64,000 nucleotides of DNA, taken from IMG/VR virus record IMGVR_UViG_3300032288_004103; one strand, written 5' to 3'. The notes below the pieces were generated by a model. It was not told the origin of the DNA. It did not search any database and worked only from the letters and a program-made list of their open reading frames with translations. The translations under genes and the position numbers were made by a program. Shown one piece after another: positions 58,716 through 64,000 of this stretch. This DNA is from an uncultured virus (IMG/VR IMGVR_UViG_3300032288_004103) (lineage: Duplodnaviria; Heunggongvirae; Uroviricota; Caudoviricetes). Positions within the stretch are counted from its first letter, which is position 1. Every line of letters starts with the position of its first letter.

Positions 58716-59099
58716 ATGGCAAAGACAAGGTATATAAATATAGATTTTCCTTTTAGGGATAGTGATAATGGTTTTTATTTTCAAATGAATAAAACTGATA
58801 AAGACGCTATTAGGGCGGATTTATTACATCTTCTTTTAACTAATAAGGGTGAAAGACTTTATCTTCCGGATTTTGGTAGTGATTTGAAAAAATTTATTTT
58901 CGAACCTAATGACAAAATAACTCACGAACAAATTAGAGAAAGTTTAAACGATTCTATAAAACTTTATATACCAAATTTATTAGTTAATGATATTTCATTT
59001 AGAAATGATGATATTGAAGAATTAATAATTGTCGAATTAACATATACTGTAACTGAGGGTACTTTCTCTAGTACAGATACAATAACTTTAACATTCTAA
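58716..59099 (+). CDS. gp25: Baseplate wedge subunit (GPW/gp25 family)
   Basis: LLLTNKGERLYLPDFGSDLKKFIFEP. Confidence 0.9.
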   Translation: MAKTRYINIDFPFRDSDNGFYFQMNKTDKDAIRADLLHLLLTNKGERLYLPDFGSDLKKFIFEPNDKITHEQIRESLNDSIKLYIPNLLVNDISFRNDDIEELIIVELTYTVTEGTFSSTDTITLTF

Positions 59100-59102
59100 A
59101 AT

Positions 59103-60932
59103 ATGGCAAAAAAAATAGATTATAATGCTCGTAATTTCTCCGATGTGAGAACACAACTTATAGAGTTTATACAAAAGTATTATCCAGAGATTTTTTCAGA
59201 TTTCAATGATGCATCAGTAGGTATGATGTTATTAGAATTAAATGCTGCGGTTGGGGATATGTTATCTTTCCACACCGATAGAATGTTTAATGAAACTCAA
59301 ATTAGTTACGCACAAGAAAGATCTTCTGTATTAGAATTGGCAAGAACATTCGGTTTAAATATTCCAGGTAAAAGACCTAGTATAACAATAGTGGATTGGA
59401 CAGTAACTAATATACCTGTTAATGGTGATACATTTGATATAAGTTATGCACCTAAAATTTTAAAAGGTTCACAAGCAACTGGTGCTGGTAAAGTATTTGA
59501 ATTATTAGAAGATTGTGATTTTTCTTCTCCTTTTACAACAGGAGGAATACCAAATAGGTTAGTTATACCAAATATTGATGGTAGTGGTATTATACAAAAC
59601 TATTCTCTAACTAAAAGAGAAATAATGTTAAATGGTTTCACTAAAATTTATAAAAAAACATTATCAAGAAGTGACTATAGACCTTTCTTAGAAGTCGTTT
59701 TACCTGAAGATAATGTTCTTTCTATTGAAAATATTATTACAAAAGAAGGTACTAATTTTGTGAATAATCCAACAGAGGATGAATTCTCTGATTTTGATTT
59801 AAATTGGTATGAGGTACCTGCATTGGCTCAGGCAGAAATATACATTGAGGATGAAAACGCAGTTTCAGATAGAGAAGGTGTTGTTGTAGGTAAATGGAAA
59901 AACGCACCAAAAAGATTTATTAAAGAATACACTGATAATGGTTTCTGTAAAATAATTTTTGGGGCGGGAGATGCAGATATTTCGGAATTAAATGATTTTG
60001 TTGGTTGTAGAGGACAAATTGATAGAATTGGTAGAGTGGTTAATAACTTATCTTTAGGTGAAATACCACAAACTAATAATACACTATATGTTAGATATAG
60101 AATAGGTGGTGGGGAAGATTCTAATATTGGGCCTAACACAATAACTACTTTAGGTACTTTAAGTGTTATTATTAATGGTGATGATGCAAACATCAATAGA
60201 GTTATAAGAAACAGTATAAGTGTAAATAATCCTATACCAGCATTAGGTGGTAAAGAAGAGCCATCTGTAGAAGAAATAAGAAATTTAGTAAGGTATAATT
60301 TTTCTGCACAAAATAGATGTGTTACTATAAAAGATTACCAAAGTAGAATACCGTTAATGCCTGGTAAATTTGGGGTTCCATTTAGGACAGGTGTTTGGGA
60401 AGAAAGAAACAAAATTAATGTTTATGTGTTGGCGTTAGATTCAAGTAGTAAATTAACTACTGAAGCAACTTCGGCATTAAAACAAAATATCGCAGAATAT
60501 TTGGCGGATTATAGAATGATTAATGATTACGTTACAATTAAAAATGGTAGAGTAATTAATTTAGGTTTTGAAATAGATGTATTTGCAGATAAGGCAGTTC
60601 CTAAAGGAGAAGTAATTTCTGGTGTTATTTCTTCAGTAACGCAATATTTTGATATTAATAAATGGGATATGGGAGACAACATTTATTTATCTCAATTAGT
60701 AGAAAACATAAATAATGTCGCTGGAGTTCTAAACGTTACGGATTTAAGAGTATATAATAAAGTTAATGAAAATGGTAAATATTCTTTAAATGAAATTGCG
60801 CAACCATATATTGATGATGAAACAAGACAAATAGATTTGTTAGGTAGATATACATTATTTGGGGCACCAAACGCAATGTTTGAAATAAAATACCCAAATA
60901 AAGATATAAAAATAACAATTTCTACATCATAA
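59103..60932 (+). CDS. gp6: Baseplate wedge subunit (T4 gp6/baseplate J-like)
   Basis: YNARNFSDVR..DFNDASVGMMLLEL, FGAG, YRIGGG..SN, AQNRCVTIKDY. Confidence 0.88.
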   Translation: MAKKIDYNARNFSDVRTQLIEFIQKYYPEIFSDFNDASVGMMLLELNAAVGDMLSFHTDRMFNETQISYAQERSSVLELARTFGLNIPGKRPSITIVDWTVTNIPVNGDTFDISYAPKILKGSQATGAGKVFELLEDCDFSSPFTTGGIPNRLVIPNIDGSGIIQNYSLTKREIMLNGFTKIYKKTLSRSDYRPFLEVVLPEDNVLSIENIITKEGTNFVNNPTEDEFSDFDLNWYEVPALAQAEIYIEDENAVSDREGVVVGKWKNAPKRFIKEYTDNGFCKIIFGAGDADISELNDFVGCRGQIDRIGRVVNNLSLGEIPQTNNTLYVRYRIGGGEDSNIGPNTITTLGTLSVIINGDDANINRVIRNSISVNNPIPALGGKEEPSVEEIRNLVRYNFSAQNRCVTIKDYQSRIPLMPGKFGVPFRTGVWEERNKINVYVLALDSSSKLTTEATSALKQNIAEYLADYRMINDYVTIKNGRVINLGFEIDVFADKAVPKGEVISGVISSVTQYFDINKWDMGDNIYLSQLVENINNVAGVLNVTDLRVYNKVNENGKYSLNEIAQPYIDDETRQIDLLGRYTLFGAPNAMFEIKYPNKDIKITISTS

Positions 60933-60980
60933 TAATTACTTTTTTAAAAAAATAATTAGTTTTATATAAAAATAATAATT

Positions 60981-61391
60981 ATGGGATGTGAAACATGTAA
61001 ACAAAAAAAAGAAAGTTCTGAACAAAAGAATAAAAAAACAGTAGATATTAACTTTATTCCTGAAAGTATACAGGAAGGAAATTATAATGGTAATTTTTTC
61101 ATTAAATTAATTACATTTTTTGTAATAATACTGGCTTTACCATTAATCTTAATAGTTTTATTGGGACAAATATTTTTACAATTTTTCTTACCGAAATCTT
61201 TACCTAAAGTAACTAAAAAATTCAAAGGATTTTTTGTAAGTATTTTAGAAAGTTATGGTAAATTTATTCACAATAGAGAAGTTAAAAAAAGAAAAAAACA
61301 ATTTGAAAAAAATAGAGAATATACAACTGATCCTAAAGGTATTGAAATAGATGAAGTTGAATTATTCGATAATAATAATATAAAAAAGTGA
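60981..61391 (+). CDS. Small membrane protein with N-terminal CxxC
   Basis: MGCETCK; long hydrophobic segment LITFFVIILALPLILIVLLGQIFLQFFL. Confidence 0.65.
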   Translation: MGCETCKQKKESSEQKNKKTVDINFIPESIQEGNYNGNFFIKLITFFVIILALPLILIVLLGQIFLQFFLPKSLPKVTKKFKGFFVSILESYGKFIHNREVKKRKKQFEKNREYTTDPKGIEIDEVELFDNNNIKK

Positions 61392-61397
61392 TTTTAA

Positions 61398-64000
61398 ATG
61401 TCTAAATCATATAGAATTAGGACAACTCCGGGAGGAACAAATGGATTTTTGAAGGTTAATGTTGATCTTAATCAAAACTATGATTTTTTAGAAATTCTAA
61501 GTTTAAAAATATCACAAAAAGATGACTACCAAAACTTCTGTTCTGATTATGGTGTAGTTGCGGGTAGAGTCATTTTAAATGATGGGTTTGGTGTACCTAA
61601 CGTAAGAGTATCTATTTTTGTACCAGTAGATGATGTGGATTTAAGTGATCCAGTTAAATCAGCAATATATAACTATACGGAACCATTTCCAGATCAAAAG
61701 AATGCAAATGGTATAAGATATAACGTTTTACCTAAAAATCAACAAACTTTAGATCATACACCTGTCGGTACTTTCCCTAAAAAAAGGGAAATATTAGATA
61801 ATAATACAACATTAGAAATATACGAAAAATATTATAAATATACCACCACAACTAATGAGGCGGGTGATTATATTTTATTTGGTGTGCCAGTAGGTGATCA
61901 CTTTCTTCATTACGATATGGACGTTAGTGATATTGGGTTTTTATCTGTTAGACCATTTGAGTTAATTAATAATGGGTATAGTGATGATTTATTCAAAGAC
62001 AGATTTAAATATAAATCCTCTAATAATTTAGATTCACTACCACAAATTTTTTCTGAAAACATTCCTATTAGAGTAGAACCTTATTGGTGTGATAGTTTAA
62101 GTGTTGGTAGTGCATTAGGTATAAATAGATATGATATCCAGCCTAATTTTGAAATTATACCAAACGCACTTTTTATTGGTAGTATTTTTAGTGATGATGA
62201 AAAAGATTCATTAAACAAAAATTGTAAACCTGCCAGAGAAATGGGTAAACTAAATGAAGTAATTACTGGTGGTGGAAAAATTGAAGCGATAAGAAGAACT
62301 GTTGATGGTAATATAGAAAAATTTAGTTTTAAAGATAATAGTATTGATGAAAATGGTAATTGGTCGATATTAGTGCCAATGAATTTAAGAAAAGTTGTTA
62401 CAGACGAATTTGGTAATTTAATACCTTCGCCTGATGGAATTAAAGGTGTTGCAACAGAAGGTGATTATAGATTTAGAATTTCTATGGATGCTACATCTAA
62501 CGATAAAAGACTTAGACAACGAGCAAAATTTTTAGTTCCTAATACTAATAATAATTTTGTATTTCGTGAATTTAAATCTGAAGAATTAAAAAAATCTAAT
62601 TTATTTAAAAAAAATACACAATTATCAACAATAACTACAGGAACACCTTATGCAAATGATTTAAGGAATCAATATAACTATTTAGAAGAATTTTATTCTT
62701 TTAGATGGAAAAAAGTTTATACGGTTAAACAATATATTGGTAGGATGCAGAAAGTTGGTGGGAATAATGCGGATGAAGCTAGAGGGTTTATAGGTATAAA
62801 AGATATTATTAATGCAGAAGGAGTTAATAAATTCCCTAATAATAGATTTGATACAAACGTAAATCCTTTGTATAGTATTATATGTGTTCTAGTTAGTTTA
62901 TTTGGACACGTTATAGGATTTATTAATGGTATTATTAATATTATTAATGGGTTAGTCACAACAATTTGTCAAATTAAAATACCTGTTGGTATATCACTTA
63001 GCTTAGTTTATTGTATAGAAATTGCATCTGCGGAATTGTGTAATGATGCTTATAGGGCTCAATATCCGTGTGGTTGTGATGGTTGCCCTAATTGTAATAA
63101 TAATAACTGTCGTCAAAATTGTTCAGGAACGGGAACAATATTTAATTTTTCTATAAACATTAAATGGAAATGTTTATTTAGTGGTTTTTTATGCGAAAAA
63201 TGTCAACCATCTTGTCCTGAAGGTGAAACTCATAGTTGTTGCCCTAGCGGTTATGCTTACGATTGCCCTAATAATGAAACTATAGATTTACCTGTAAGTT
63301 CAGGCGTACCGCTTAATCCATCTTGTTGTTCTGATTGTTGTATAAAAGTTCCATTAATACCACTAAGATGTGCGGAAGAAGGACTTGAACGTAGAGTATC
63401 TTTAATACCTTCACCATTTGCACCTAATAAGTGTAATAGAACATACGTTGTACCATTTTCTTGTAAAAATTGTGGTGGATTACAAACACCAGGAATTAAA
63501 GATTGGGTTTCTTGTGTAATGGAACCAGTTGCAGTATTTTTAAGAATGTTAAAATTTGACTTTTATAATGATTGGGTTGGAGGTTCTCTATATTTCCCAT
63601 TAATTAAAAGAAAGTATAAATTAAAAAAATCAAAACGTAAATTTGGACAAATAAAAAAAGACGTATTCTGTGATTTTGATTGTAGAGAAAGAGGTAGTAA
63701 TACTAATTTTCAAGGTGATCCTACTTATAATCAATGGAGAATAAAAATACCTGCAATACTATTCTCAAATCCTAGTATAACTGTAGATGGATGTACTGCT
63801 AAAATAAAGGGTAAAAAAGTTACTGATTGGTATGGTACACCAGAAAATGATACTCAAACGTTTAATTTAAATTTGGCAGTTAAAGAATTCCAATTTAAAG
63901 GGTTAACAAATACTTTAGATGGTTGTAATATTAAATTCAATAGCTTTAGTGATTTTCAAAATACTTTCAATAATCAAGGAATACCTTATCTCATAAAAGA
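61398..64000 (+). CDS. Large Cys-rich structural protein (3'-truncated, not in ORF track)
   Basis: MSKSYRIRTTPGG..LEILSLKI..DYGVVAGRV..GVPNVRVSIF; apparently open to the window end; hydrophobic stretch about 62870-62970 and Cys clusters about 63010-63480. Confidence 0.7.
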   Translation, partial: MSKSYRIRTTPGGTNGFLKVNVDLNQNYDFLEILSLKISQKDDYQNFCSDYGVVAGRVILNDGFGVPNVRVSIFVPVDDVDLSDPVKSAIYNYTEPFPDQKNANGIRYNVLPKNQQTLDHTPVGTFPKKREILDNNTTLEIYEKYYKYTTTTNEAGDYILFGVPVGDHFLHYDMDVSDIGFLSVRPFELINNGYSDDLFKDRFKYKSSNNLDSLPQIFSENIPIRVEPYWCDSLSVGSALGINRYDIQPNFEIIPNALFIGSIFSDDEKDSLNKNCKPAREMGKLNEVITGGGKIEAIRRTVDGNIEKFSFKDNSIDENGNWSILVPMNLRKVVTDEFGNLIPSPDGIKGVATEGDYRFRISMDATSNDKRLRQRAKFLVPNTNNNFVFREFKSEELKKSNLFKKNTQLSTITTGTPYANDLRNQYNYLEEFYSFRWKKVYTVKQYIGRMQKVGGNNADEARGFIGIKDIINAEGVNKFPNNRFDTNVNPLYSIICVLVSLFGHVIGFINGIINIINGLVTTICQIKIPVGISLSLVYCIEIASAELCNDAYRAQYPCGCDGCPNCNNNNCRQNCSGTGTIFNFSINIKWKCLFSGFLCEKCQPSCPEGETHSCCPSGYAYDCPNNETIDLPVSSGVPLNPSCCSDCCIKVPLIPLRCAEEGLERRVSLIPSPFAPNKCNRTYVVPFSCKNCGGLQTPGIKDWVSCVMEPVAVFLRMLKFDFYNDWVGGSLYFPLIKRKYKLKKSKRKFGQIKKDVFCDFDCRERGSNTNFQGDPTYNQWRIKIPAILFSNPSITVDGCTAKIKGKKVTDWYGTPENDTQTFNLNLAVKEFQFKGLTNTLDGCNIKFNSFSDFQNTFNNQGIPYLIK

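Noticed and set aside
17883..60932. Bacterial contractile injection system or tailocin instead of a phage
   Set aside because: Interleaved phage replication genes and neck proteins indicate a replicating virus.
21098..62959. Many short minus-strand ORFs inside long plus-strand genes (e.g. 21901, 33709, 44860, 52736, 59828, 62717)
   Set aside because: Fully nested antisense, with Phe/Ser/Ile-rich composition typical of shadow frames.
1..64000. Stop-codon reassignment as in some large phages
   Set aside because: Conserved genes are full length in code 11, and TAA, TGA and TAG all end genes at sensible positions.
1..64000. tRNA or rRNA genes
   Set aside because: Intergenic gaps are short and AT-rich; no cloverleaf or T-loop signature was recognised.

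Overview
This is a 64-kb, very AT-rich, gene-dense segment of a large T4-like contractile-tailed (myovirus-type, probably jumbo) phage, read in the standard code. A Bacteroidota host is inferred from TAnnTTTG promoter boxes and the lack of Shine-Dalgarno sites. Virion genes include a SHAEG-repeat fibre with a Peptidase_G2 chaperone, neck gp13/gp14/gp15-like proteins, a beta-helical fibre, sheath, tube, gp26/gp51-like chaperones, tape measure, baseplate hub, gp53, gp25 and gp6. They are interleaved with replication and nucleotide genes: family B polymerase, SNF2 helicase, gp32 SSB, UvsX, RNase H/FEN, DnaB/gp41, class II NrdJ and glutaredoxin. Four candidate systems stand out. (1) An Aah/TibC-type protein O-glycosyltransferase sits beside virion genes, and an [S/T]-G-x-T motif is strongly enriched in outer virion proteins only, suggesting virion glycosylation. 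(2) About ten late genes share basic N-terminal leaders ending in I/L-x-E, sometimes repeated internally, fused to diverse effector-like domains, suggesting a capsid-packaged, protease-processed cargo system. (3) A probable programmed frameshift joins the gp26-like and gp51-like chaperones. (4) A ribbon-helix-helix gene missing from the ORF track faces palindromic sites in front of the tail sheath. All assignments come from motif recognition by eye; no searches were run.
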